From: Desulfobacterales bacterium
Lineage (GTDB): Bacteria; Desulfobacterota; Desulfobacteria; Desulfobacterales; UBA5616
Length of the DNA stretch: 64,000 bases
Assembly (NCBI GenBank): GCA_046483495.1
Contig: JAWODC010000026.1
Span: 10,838-74,837, forward strand
Direction of reading: 5' to 3'
The notes under the pieces are model-generated. The model saw nothing but the letters and a program-made list of their open reading frames with translations, was not told where the DNA came from and searched no databases. The translations under genes were made by a program, and so were the position numbers. Numbering within the stretch: position 1 is the stretch's first letter; each line of letters opens with the position of its first letter. Shown piece by piece: positions 50,405-59,784 of the stretch.

Positions 50405-53400
50405 ATGAACAGAAAAATGGTAACCATCGACGGCAATGAAGCCGCAGCATATGTCGCCCATAGAACCAACGAAGTCATCGCCATATATCCGATTACGCCC
50501 TCTTCCCCGATGGGGGAATGGGCCGACGAGTGGTCGGCCAGGGGATATAAGAATATCTGGGGCACCTTGCCGCATGTGTATGAAATGCAGAGCGAGGCCG
50601 GAGCGGCCGGGGCTCTTCACGGTGCGCTGCAGGCCGGGGCGCTTGCCACGACGTTTACCGCGTCCCAAGGGCTTTTATTGATGATCCCCAACATGTTCAA
50701 GATAGCCGGAGAGCTCACTGCGACCGTTTTTCATGTTACAGCCAGGACAATCGCCACCCACGGCCTCTCCATATTCGGAGACCACAGTGATGTGATGGCC
50801 GCCCGTTCGACCGGATGCGCCATGCTGGCCGCCGATTCCGTGCAGGAGGCTATGGATTTTGCGTTGATCGCCCAGTCCGCCACGCTGCGGTCCCGCGTGC
50901 CGTTCATTCATTTTTTCGACGGCTTCCGGACGTCCCACGAAGTTGCAAAGGTGGAGCAGCTCACGTTGGACGATATGAGAGCCATGATCGATGACAACCT
51001 CGTTGCGGCGCACCGGGAAAGGGCACTGACGCCGGATCGGCCCGTCATTCGCGGAACGGCGATAAACCCGGACGTGTTTTTTCAGGGCAGGGAGGCATCG
51101 AATCCATTTTATCAGGCATGTCCGGAAATCGTAGAGAAGACGATGGACCGCTTTTATGATCTCGTGGGAAGGCGGTATGCACTTTATCAATATGTCGGGG
51201 CTCCGGATGCCGATCGGGTCCTGGTGATCATGGGGTCGGCCGCGGAGACCGTCATGGAAACCGTCGGAGTTTTAAACGAACAGGGGGAAAAGGTGGGATT
51301 GGTCAAGGTGCGGCTGTATCGCCCTTTTTCCGGGAAGCACTTTTTAGAGGCGCTGCCGAAAACGGTAAAAGCGATTGCCTGCCTCGACCGCACCAAAGAG
51401 CCCGGTTCGGCGGGAGAGCCGCTTTACCAGGATGTGCTTACCATGATCAGTGAAGGTTTCTCCGATGGATCCGTCGGGTTCGCGGCATTTCCCCGAGTGG
51501 TCGGGGGGCGCTACGGACTTTCCTCCAAGGAATTCACACCCGCAATGGTCAAAGGTGTTTTTGACGAATTGAAGCAATCAAAACCCAAAAATCATTTCAC
51601 TGTCGGCATCGACGATGATATCACCCATACGAGCATCGACTACGATCCCTTCTTTACCGCAGAAAAAGGCGAGGTGATTCGGGCCATGTTCTACGGCCTT
51701 GGCGCGGACGGGACGGTCGGTGCGAACAAGAACTCCATTAAAATCATCGGCGAGGGAACCCCCAACTTCGCCCAGGGATATTTTGTCTATGACTCGAAAA
51801 AATCGGGTTCGCAAACGGTTTCCCATCTTCGCTTCGGCCCGACGCCGATTCATGCCGAATACCTTGTACACAAAGCGAACTTCATCGCTTGCCATCAGCC
51901 GTTTTTTCTCGAAAAACCCGGTATTTTGGCCGGTGCGGCAGAAGGCGCCGTCTTTCTGCTCAATTCTCCTATCGGCCCGGAAAACATCTGGGACTACGTA
52001 CCGGCGGAAAGCCAACGGCACCTGATCGACAAAAAGATGGCCTTCTATGTTATCGATGCGTATAAAGTCGCCGGCGAGGCCGGGCTGGGGGGAAGGATCA
52101 ACACGGTGATGCAAACGTGCTTTTTCGCGATTTCAGGTGTTCTGCCGAAGGAAGCGGCCATCGAGGCGATCAAAGACGCCATTCGAAAGACTTACGGAAA
52201 ACGGGGCGAACACATTGTTCGGATTAATTTCGAGGCCGTCGACAAGACGCTTGCCAACCTTCATCGGGTCACCATCCCGGAAACGGTCCGGGAAGGGGGC
52301 GAAAGCCGCCCGGTGGTGCCGGAGGAGGCGCCCGAATTCGTCAGAAAGGTGACCGCGGTGATGATGGAAGGAAAAGGGGACGAACTGCCGGTAAGCGCCA
52401 TGCCGGTGGACGGTACGTTTCCGACCGGCACGACCCGATGGGAAAAACGGAACGTTGCGCTGGAAATTCCCATCTGGGACAAGGAGGTGTGCATCCAGTG
52501 CGGCAAATGCTCTTTGTATTGCCCCCATGCGACCATTCGAATGAAGGCTTACCATGAAGACCATCTCCGGAATGCGCCGGAATCATTTCAATGGACCCCT
52601 GCCCGGGGCCGGGATTTTCCCGAGGGCACGCTCTTTACGGTCCAGGTTGCGCCGGAAGACTGCACCGGGTGCGGCGTATGCGTCAATGTATGCCCCGCCA
52701 AAAACAAGAAGGAACTGGGCAAAAAGGCCATTAACATGCACGCCAAAATCCCGGTTTTGGAGCGGGAGAAGGCCAATTATGAACATTTTCTCCGGATTCC
52801 CGATTATGATCGTGATGCGCTTAAGATCCACACGGTTAAAGGATCCCAATTGTTGAAACCCCTCTTTGAATACTCCGGCGCCTGTGCCGGGTGCGGCGAA
52901 ACGCCGTATATTAAGCTGTTGACGCAGCTTCTCGGCGATCGGCTTTTGATTTCGAATGCAACGGGCTGTTCATCCATATACGGCGGGAATCTCCCGACTA
53001 CGCCGTATACGACGAATGCCGAAGGGCGGGGGCCGGCATGGTCGAATTCGTTGTTCGAAGATTGCGCGGAATTCGGATTGGGCATGCGGATGGCCGTCGA
53101 CAAAAACACCGAATTCGCCCGTGAACTGTTAAAGGAAAGTGCCGGACGTCTGGGTGAATCCCGAGTCGACAGTATTCTAAAAGCGGACCAGGAAACCGAA
53201 AGCGGCATTGCTGCTCAACGGCGGCGCATCAACGAACTCAAACAAATTCTCGCCGCCGATTCGGACCCGAAATCCGAACTGCTTCTCACACTCTCGGATT
53301 ACCTGGTGAAGAAAAGCGTCTGGTGCGTCGGGGGGGACGGATGGGCATACGACATCGGGTTCGGCGGACTGGACCATGTCATCTCTTCGGGGAAAAACAT

Positions 53401-53983
53401 CAATCTTCTCGTTCTGGACACCGAGGTTTATTCGAACACAGGCGGCCAAATGTCCAAGGCCACCCCGCGGGCCGCAGTGGCCAAATTCGCCGCCGGCGGA
53501 AAGCATACCCCTAAAAAAGATCTCGGCATGATGATGATGACTTACCGAAACGTTTATGTAGCACAGGTGGCGATCGGCGCCGATGACGCCCATACGGTCC
53601 GCACCTTCGTCGAGGCGGCGGCATACGACGGACCATCACTGATCATTGCTTACAGTCACTGCATTGCCCACGGCGCCCATATCCCACAGGCATTCACTCA
53701 TCAAAAGGCGGCGGCGCAAAGCGGCTACTGGGTGCTTTTCCGCTTCAACCCGGACCGGATAAAGGAAGGCCGAAACCCGCTTCAACTCGACAGCAAGGAG
53801 CCTTCCATCTCGGTTATGGATTTCGCCTATCAAGAAACCCGCTACAAGATGCTTTCATTGAGCCGACCTGAAGAAGCTCGAAAACTGATCGGGCTTTTAG
53901 ACGAAGACGCAAAAAACAGGTATCGAATTCTTCAGCAGATGGCTGCCATGGAATTCGACGGGACCACCCGGGCGGGTATGTGA
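50405..53983 (+). CDS. nifJ: Pyruvate:ferredoxin (flavodoxin) oxidoreductase, single-chain type
   Basis: YPITPSS, GLGADGTVGANK, two 4Fe-4S motifs, SGACAGCGE, GGDGWAYDIG. Confidence 0.96.
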   Translation: MNRKMVTIDGNEAAAYVAHRTNEVIAIYPITPSSPMGEWADEWSARGYKNIWGTLPHVYEMQSEAGAAGALHGALQAGALATTFTASQGLLLMIPNMFKIAGELTATVFHVTARTIATHGLSIFGDHSDVMAARSTGCAMLAADSVQEAMDFALIAQSATLRSRVPFIHFFDGFRTSHEVAKVEQLTLDDMRAMIDDNLVAAHRERALTPDRPVIRGTAINPDVFFQGREASNPFYQACPEIVEKTMDRFYDLVGRRYALYQYVGAPDADRVLVIMGSAAETVMETVGVLNEQGEKVGLVKVRLYRPFSGKHFLEALPKTVKAIACLDRTKEPGSAGEPLYQDVLTMISEGFSDGSVGFAAFPRVVGGRYGLSSKEFTPAMVKGVFDELKQSKPKNHFTVGIDDDITHTSIDYDPFFTAEKGEVIRAMFYGLGADGTVGANKNSIKIIGEGTPNFAQGYFVYDSKKSGSQTVSHLRFGPTPIHAEYLVHKANFIACHQPFFLEKPGILAGAAEGAVFLLNSPIGPENIWDYVPAESQRHLIDKKMAFYVIDAYKVAGEAGLGGRINTVMQTCFFAISGVLPKEAAIEAIKDAIRKTYGKRGEHIVRINFEAVDKTLANLHRVTIPETVREGGESRPVVPEEAPEFVRKVTAVMMEGKGDELPVSAMPVDGTFPTGTTRWEKRNVALEIPIWDKEVCIQCGKCSLYCPHATIRMKAYHEDHLRNAPESFQWTPARGRDFPEGTLFTVQVAPEDCTGCGVCVNVCPAKNKKELGKKAINMHAKIPVLEREKANYEHFLRIPDYDRDALKIHTVKGSQLLKPLFEYSGACAGCGETPYIKLLTQLLGDRLLISNATGCSSIYGGNLPTTPYTTNAEGRGPAWSNSLFEDCAEFGLGMRMAVDKNTEFARELLKESAGRLGESRVDSILKADQETESGIAAQRRRINELKQILAADSDPKSELLLTLSDYLVKKSVWCVGGDGWAYDIGFGGLDHVISSGKNINLLVLDTEVYSNTGGQMSKATPRAAVAKFAAGGKHTPKKDLGMMMMTYRNVYVAQVAIGADDAHTVRTFVEAAAYDGPSLIIAYSHCIAHGAHIPQAFTHQKAAAQSGYWVLFRFNPDRIKEGRNPLQLDSKEPSISVMDFAYQETRYKMLSLSRPEEARKLIGLLDEDAKNRYRILQQMAAMEFDGTTRAGM

Positions 53984-54023
53984 GGTGACGGGCGTTCTCA
54001 ACCGCTAACCCAAGGAGAACCAA

Positions 54024-55034
54024 ATGGATCTGACCACCGAGTACATGGGATTAAAACTGAAGTGCCCTTTGGCGGCCTCGGCATCGCCGCTTTCCAGGGA
54101 CGTGGATAACATCAAACGATTGGAAGATGCAGGGGCCTCCGCCATTGTACTGTACTCGCTTTTTGAAGAACAGATTATCCACGAGCAGAAGGAACTGGAT
54201 TATTACCTGTCACGGGGGGCTGAACACTTTGCCGAAGCATTGACCTACTATCCGAATATGGAGGATTACAACCTCGAGCCCGATATGTATTTAGAGCACA
54301 TTCGAAAGGCAAAAGAAGCTGTTGACATCCCCATTATCGGAAGCCTGAACGGTGTTTCCGACTCCGGCTGGTCCGCATATGCATCGCATATCGAACAAGC
54401 CGGGGCGGATGCCGTGGAATTGAATATCTATTATGTTGCCGCCGATGATTCTCTCTCTGCAGAGGCGGTGGAATCGCTGTATCTGGGCAACCTTGCGACG
54501 GTCAAAGAGGCGGTCGGCATTCCTGTCGCCGTGAAGGTCGGGCCTTTTTTCAGCGCCATGGCACGTATGGCGAAGCGGCTGGACAGTGCAGGTGCGGATG
54601 CGTTGGTTCTTTTCAACCGATTCTATCAGCCGGATATCAACCTCGAGACGCTTGAAACCGAACCGAGTATTTTACTGAGCAGGGAAGGCGAGTACCGGCT
54701 TCCTTTGCGATGGATCGCCGTACTCTACGGCCGTATCGGCGCCGATCTGGCGGCGAGTTCAGGCATCCACAACGGGTATGACGCCGCAAAAATGATTATG
54801 GCCGGCGCCGATGTGTTGATGCTGTGCTCCACGCTGCTGAAGAACGGGATTGATTGGCTGACGCGGATAAAAGAGCAGCTGCGGGAATGGGCCCATCACC
54901 AGGAGTATGCATCGATCGGTGAAATGAGAGGGAGCATGAGCCACAGGAACACGCCGAACCCGTCGGCCTTCGAACGCGCAAATTACATGCGCGCACTGAC
55001 CGAATTTTCTGTGGCGAGTGCGGCTAAATGGTAG
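54024..55034 (+). CDS. Dihydroorotate-dehydrogenase-like FMN protein
   Basis: YMGLKLKCPL, SLFEEQI, ELNIY, PVAVK, FNRFYQPD; catalytic SCP motif absent. Confidence 0.85.
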   Translation: MDLTTEYMGLKLKCPLAASASPLSRDVDNIKRLEDAGASAIVLYSLFEEQIIHEQKELDYYLSRGAEHFAEALTYYPNMEDYNLEPDMYLEHIRKAKEAVDIPIIGSLNGVSDSGWSAYASHIEQAGADAVELNIYYVAADDSLSAEAVESLYLGNLATVKEAVGIPVAVKVGPFFSAMARMAKRLDSAGADALVLFNRFYQPDINLETLETEPSILLSREGEYRLPLRWIAVLYGRIGADLAASSGIHNGYDAAKMIMAGADVLMLCSTLLKNGIDWLTRIKEQLREWAHHQEYASIGEMRGSMSHRNTPNPSAFERANYMRALTEFSVASAAKW

Positions 55035-55130
55035 TGCCGGACCCTTCGGTTTTGCCAAGCAGTGAGTAGGCCCGGGTTCCGAAAAGCGCCTTTTGGAAAC
55101 GGACGAACAGCCTGTTGTGACGTTCACAAG

Positions 55131-55742
55131 CTATTGCAGACTCGCGGCAGGCGCCGGCCTCGTTTGGGGCGGGAACTGCGCGAGCGTTTTTGCCACCAGT
55201 TCACTGATTTCTTCGGTCTTGGTTTCCGGACCCCAATGCTCCTCAACGCGATGCGTGCCCTTGCCCCGCCAGATGATTTCGTTGGATATCGGATCGATGA
55301 TGTCGATGTAAAGCACGCCTTGCTGCCGGGTATATACATCCCTTCCGGCTCCGATCCCGATCCCCCCGAATAGGCCGCTTCCCCACCAGGTTCCGAATCC
55401 CACTTCCGTGCCGAGCCCTTCGGACTCCAGGACCGGACGAATGTGATACCGATAATCGACATAAAAGTCCGGCCGGGTGCCCACGGCCTTCCGGTACCCT
55501 TGAGCGGCAAGCGTATAGTCAACGGCGGTTTGAATGCGCTCGGAGACCAGCGGATCTTCAGGGGCCCTGTCGATCGTTTTCCCGCCCGCTTCGGGATGCC
55601 ATCGAAAGGTTGCAAGGCCCGCAAAATTCGCCTCCGGCCGATAATCCTGGCTGACGCGGACCGTCGAACAGGCGGAGAAGGCGATCATCAAGTAAACGAT
55701 TATGAACCAAAAGTATCTGGGCATTCCTATAGCCTCATTCAA
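55131..55742 (-). CDS. DUF4136 lipoprotein
   Basis: FSAC lipobox, G.LYIDIID...IWRG, FPP C-terminus. Confidence 0.82.
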   Translation of the reverse strand: MNEAIGMPRYFWFIIVYLMIAFSACSTVRVSQDYRPEANFAGLATFRWHPEAGGKTIDRAPEDPLVSERIQTAVDYTLAAQGYRKAVGTRPDFYVDYRYHIRPVLESEGLGTEVGFGTWWGSGLFGGIGIGAGRDVYTRQQGVLYIDIIDPISNEIIWRGKGTHRVEEHWGPETKTEEISELVAKTLAQFPPQTRPAPAASLQ

Positions 55743-55999
55743 AGGGGAACAGGGGCCGGTGGTATCGGCAAAATATGGCGTTCGAATACCCCAATTTCAA
55801 CAAAATGCAGTCTTTACCAAAGATACCCTTGCGTTCGTTAAAAATACATGGGGTGAAATCTTTATTTCCGTATCGAAAACAATATAGTAGAGCGGATCGG
55901 CTCGAATTGAATGCGGGGGGGTATTTTCTGAATGTCACCATCCCAGCGGCTTGTGCCATTCGCCGATCACGGATGCGTTGACGGATACCCCGCTTTTAT

Positions 56000-56911
56000 T
56001 CAGGTCGAAAAGATAATCAGTATGAAAACACCGGCCATGTAGAAGATAGAGAAAAAAAACAGTTTCCGAGCGGAATGCCGGTCTTTTCGATACCACAGTG
56101 CAACCAGATGACGAAAAAAATTGAGCCCCAAGAGAGTTGTCCCGATGAGGAAGAAAAGCCCCAGATCCGCTTGTACACCCAAGAAGGCGGTGGCCGGAAT
56201 CAGTCCAAGCGTGTACGCTGTGATATGCACCCGTGTCGCCGCCTCTCCGGAGATCACCGGCAGCATGGGAATCCCGGCATGGGCGTATTCCTCTTTGATG
56301 GAAAGTGCCAGCGACCAGAAGTGGGGAGGTGTCCATAAAAAAATGACAAGCGCCATGAGAAAAGGAATGATGCCCAATTCACCTGCTCCTGCGGACCATC
56401 CGATCAACGGAGCAGCGGCACCGGAAGCGCCGCCGAATACGATGTTCATGGCAGTTCTGCGCTTGAGCCATATCGTATAGACGATGACATATATGAATAT
56501 CGCTCCGATTCCCAGCAGCACCGTTAACCCGTTTCCTGCACAATAAAGCAGGGCCGTCGCCGATCCGGAAAAAATAAAACCCACGTAAACGGCGGTTTTT
56601 GGGTTGATTTTGCCGGCCGGAATCGGCCGCCTGTTTCGGGTGCGCGGCATGAGGCGGTCGATGTCCCGGTCCAGATACTGGTTAAAGGCATTCGCGGCGG
56701 AGGCGGCTAAAATAATGCCGGCAAGAATTGCAGAAAACCTGCCGGGGTCGACGGCAAGCGATCCTTCGAGTGCCATGGCGCTTGCTCCGGTGACAGCGAC
56801 GAGAAGTACGATTCGGGGCTTGGCCAGCAGCAGGCAACTGTATACATGTGCCCTCAACCGCACAAGCAAACTTGCCGCAAACGTAAATCCTGAATGGATA
56901 TTCGTTTTCAT
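56000..56911 (-). CDS. cyoE: Heme o synthase (protoheme IX farnesyltransferase)
   Basis: KPRI, N..LDRDID.LM.RT..RP, LKRRT..NI..GG, WTPPHFW. Confidence 0.94.
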   Translation of the reverse strand: MKTNIHSGFTFAASLLVRLRAHVYSCLLLAKPRIVLLVAVTGASAMALEGSLAVDPGRFSAILAGIILAASAANAFNQYLDRDIDRLMPRTRNRRPIPAGKINPKTAVYVGFIFSGSATALLYCAGNGLTVLLGIGAIFIYVIVYTIWLKRRTAMNIVFGGASGAAAPLIGWSAGAGELGIIPFLMALVIFLWTPPHFWSLALSIKEEYAHAGIPMLPVISGEAATRVHITAYTLGLIPATAFLGVQADLGLFFLIGTTLLGLNFFRHLVALWYRKDRHSARKLFFFSIFYMAGVFILIIFST

Positions 56912-56969
56912 TTCTATCGTTTTCTTGTCAGGCGCGTCTCTATCAGGAAGATCGCTGATGCGTATCTTC

Positions 56970-57362
56970 TCAATTCTCGTACAAATAGGCTGCTATATTC
57001 ATCGCCTCCCGCGTCGAAACGCCGAGGTCGGGCATGGCCGTTTCGGGGGAGAATTTCAGGGGATTGCGCACCCAGGCCACCATGTTTCCGGGCGTGTTCG
57101 GAAGGACGCCCCCGATGTAGATCTGAACGCCGATATCGTTCAGCTTCGGTCCGACCCTGCCGGTTGCTTTGCGGATCCCGGGAATCACGTGGCAGGCCGT
57201 ACATCCGTAACCAATCATCGCCTGCCGGCCGAGACTCGGCAAACCGTCGCGAACGGACCAGGGTTGTCTCTCCGGCACCGGGGTGCGGTGCCACACCCAA
57301 TATACGGCGGCTGCCGCTAGGAAAATGAAACCAACCAGCAGCCAGATTGTCCGTTTCAGCAT
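56970..57362 (-). CDS. Membrane-anchored monoheme cytochrome c
   Basis: CTACH, distal AMP. Confidence 0.9.
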   Translation of the reverse strand: MLKRTIWLLVGFIFLAAAAVYWVWHRTPVPERQPWSVRDGLPSLGRQAMIGYGCTACHVIPGIRKATGRVGPKLNDIGVQIYIGGVLPNTPGNMVAWVRNPLKFSPETAMPDLGVSTREAMNIAAYLYEN

Positions 57363-57373
57363 ATCAGGCTCCC

Positions 57374-58816
57374 TTATTCACGGGGAAACGTCTGTGCAAC
57401 CAGTACGAATTCAACAACCTTTTCCAGGTCCTCTTCTGTAATGCGATCAATATAGCTCGGCATCGGGACATTCTTCGGCGGTGCAAGAACGAAATTGTAA
57501 AGCCACGACCGGGAAAGGCGCTTTTCAGTAGCCGCCAGGTCAGGTCCGACACGCCGTCCATGCGACGATACCGCGTGGCAGCTGTTGCACCCGTATACAG
57601 CGAAAAGATGCCGCCCTTTTTCGCTCATATCACTCAAAACGATGCCTTCGGGCACCGTTGGGGGCGTACTGTCCGGCCAGCCGGTCCATGGGGATTCGAT
57701 ACGCAGATCCGTGAACCACAACAACACAAACAGAAGTGAAAGGACGAAGAAGACCCAGAAGGGCCTTTTCCGTGCTCCCCGGTTCGGACTGCGGTCCAGA
57801 AACGGCAGAAGCATCATTCCCACGAACAGCAGCAATGGAAAAACCACGTAAACCACCGGTGCCGCTCGGGGCGGAAGCTGCGCGATTACGGCGCTGTACC
57901 ACCAGAACCACCATTCTTCTCGAGGCATCGACCGCGCAACCAGGTTCCCCTCGGGATACAGTTCCTGCGGGCCGACCACAAATGCCGGCAGAAAGGCGAT
58001 CGAGAAAATCACAAGGGCGGCTGCGCCCGACATCAGAACGGTTCGTGGATAGAACCACTCGCCCTCTGTCGGTGATTCACAAGCGGCCTTGTAAATCGCC
58101 TTTTGCTCGGCCGCGGTTTTGACCGGCTGTTTTTTCTCCGCACGGGATGTGATGCCGTGCAAAATCACCAGGTACAGATGAAGCCCCACCAGGCCGATCA
58201 GAAAGAGCGGCACGATCCAGACGTGAACTGAAAAAAAGCGGGTAAGGGTGACCGAACCAAGGTGCTGCCCACCCTGGACCACGTAAACGAGGGCCTCGCC
58301 GATCACGGGAACCCGGTACAACATGTTGAGTGAAACGCGCACGGCATATACGCCGCGTTCATCCCAGCGAAGGACATAACCGGTGTAGGACATGGCCAAA
58401 ACCAAAAAAAACTGGAAAACGCCGACTATCCATGTGCCCTCTCGAGGGGCTTTATAGCCGCCCAGCAGCAGGTGCCGAAAAACATGCAGCACCAGCATGA
58501 CGACCATCACGCCGGCTGTCCAATAATGGATTCCCCGGACCAGCCGGCCCAGGGACACTCCCCGTGTAATAAGCCACACACTGTCATAGGCGTGGTCGGC
58601 GGAATTGGTGTAATAAAGGAGCATGGTCATTCCCGTGATGACCTGGATGGCCAGAAGCGTCATCAGGGCCGCGCCGTCGCCGTAATACCATGGTGTCCGG
58701 GGAACGCGACGGGCAAGGACATGCCTATGGAAGGGAAAGAACCCCAAACGATGAGCCGCGATCCGCTTCAGTGAATCGCCGTTGCCTTTCAGCCGGCATA
58801 ATGCTCTTATACGCAT
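57374..58816 (-). CDS. Cytochrome b (b6+subunit IV-like) fused to C-terminal cytochrome c
   Basis: Four heme His, GYKAPRE.TW, TGYVLRWD, LLPFLDR, CNSCH...MP. Confidence 0.9.
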   Translation of the reverse strand: MRIRALCRLKGNGDSLKRIAAHRLGFFPFHRHVLARRVPRTPWYYGDGAALMTLLAIQVITGMTMLLYYTNSADHAYDSVWLITRGVSLGRLVRGIHYWTAGVMVVMLVLHVFRHLLLGGYKAPREGTWIVGVFQFFLVLAMSYTGYVLRWDERGVYAVRVSLNMLYRVPVIGEALVYVVQGGQHLGSVTLTRFFSVHVWIVPLFLIGLVGLHLYLVILHGITSRAEKKQPVKTAAEQKAIYKAACESPTEGEWFYPRTVLMSGAAALVIFSIAFLPAFVVGPQELYPEGNLVARSMPREEWWFWWYSAVIAQLPPRAAPVVYVVFPLLLFVGMMLLPFLDRSPNRGARKRPFWVFFVLSLLFVLLWFTDLRIESPWTGWPDSTPPTVPEGIVLSDMSEKGRHLFAVYGCNSCHAVSSHGRRVGPDLAATEKRLSRSWLYNFVLAPPKNVPMPSYIDRITEEDLEKVVEFVLVAQTFPRE

Positions 58817-58825
58817 AATTTTACC

Positions 58826-59383
58826 TCAGGCCATCGGCGGAACGGAATGGAGATCGATCAGGATCTCGCCGTTTTTTATGCGATTGGCATAGCGGTACAT
58901 GGGGCGATTCGGAGGGCCGGCCATCCGTTCGCCGTTTTTGTCGAAAATTCCGCCATGGCATGGACAAAAGAAGCATTGACTTCCCGGGTCGAATGTGAGG
59001 GGACAGCCGAGATCCGTGCAGCTTCTGGAATAAACGATCACTTCTTTTTCTGTGGATCGCCAGGCATACACAGCCATATCCCGCAGCGCATCTCCCCAAT
59101 GTTCTTCAGGCAGGCGCACGATTACCTTGCGCATGACGCCTACAGGGAAGGTTTCGATTCCGCCGATCGACCGCCATTTCGGCCTTTTCCCACGTTGCCG
59201 CCATAAGGGCGCCAGGCCGGCGATCAGGGAAGGTATGCCGACCATCGCGGCAACAGCCAACCCAATGCCACGGACTCCCCATACCATCAGGGTCCTTCGT
59301 TTTCCGTCGATTTCGTTTACGGCCGCCTTTTCGGAAGGACCGTTTTCGCTGATTGCGTTTTCCGAGTTCATCTGATTCAACAC
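58826..59383 (-). CDS. Rieske-type 2Fe-2S subunit with atypical box I
   Basis: Tat-like KRRTLM + TM, CTDLGC, CPCHGG.F, GPP.RP. Confidence 0.88.
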   Translation of the reverse strand: MLNQMNSENAISENGPSEKAAVNEIDGKRRTLMVWGVRGIGLAVAAMVGIPSLIAGLAPLWRQRGKRPKWRSIGGIETFPVGVMRKVIVRLPEEHWGDALRDMAVYAWRSTEKEVIVYSRSCTDLGCPLTFDPGSQCFFCPCHGGIFDKNGERMAGPPNRPMYRYANRIKNGEILIDLHSVPPMA

Positions 59384-59772
59384 CCCCCCAGATAAGCAAA
59401 GACAGGCATGCTTTCCACAATGATGATCAGCGAAAAAACCCCGCTGATCGGCCAGCCGAAGCTCGATAGGTAAATGCCGCCCGCGTCATAGAGGTTTTCA
59501 TGGGCCGCTGCCCCGTCTTTACGTGCATCCGCATATCCGATGATGGTCGCTGCAACGGCAGGGGTCAGCGATAGAATGCCCGCCCCGATTAGAAGCCATG
59601 CCACCGCGCTGATGCCGGCGATGCTGCGATCGTCGAATCCGCTGACGCAGCCGAACTCGCCGATCGCGTAGATGGCCAGGAGATGAAATGTCCAGGCAAG
59701 GGCGCCCCCGAGCAAGGCGAACCATCGGCGAAGTATCAGTCCCCGAGACGGTGGCGTATGTGCAGCAGTCAT
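59377..59772 (-). CDS. Three-helix membrane protein, putative oxidase accessory subunit
   Basis: SD GGAGG, three hydrophobic segments, embedded in the operon. Confidence 0.7.
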   Translation of the reverse strand: MTAAHTPPSRGLILRRWFALLGGALAWTFHLLAIYAIGEFGCVSGFDDRSIAGISAVAWLLIGAGILSLTPAVAATIIGYADARKDGAAAHENLYDAGGIYLSSFGWPISGVFSLIIIVESMPVFAYLGGC

Positions 59773-59784
59773 GAGCCTCCTTTT

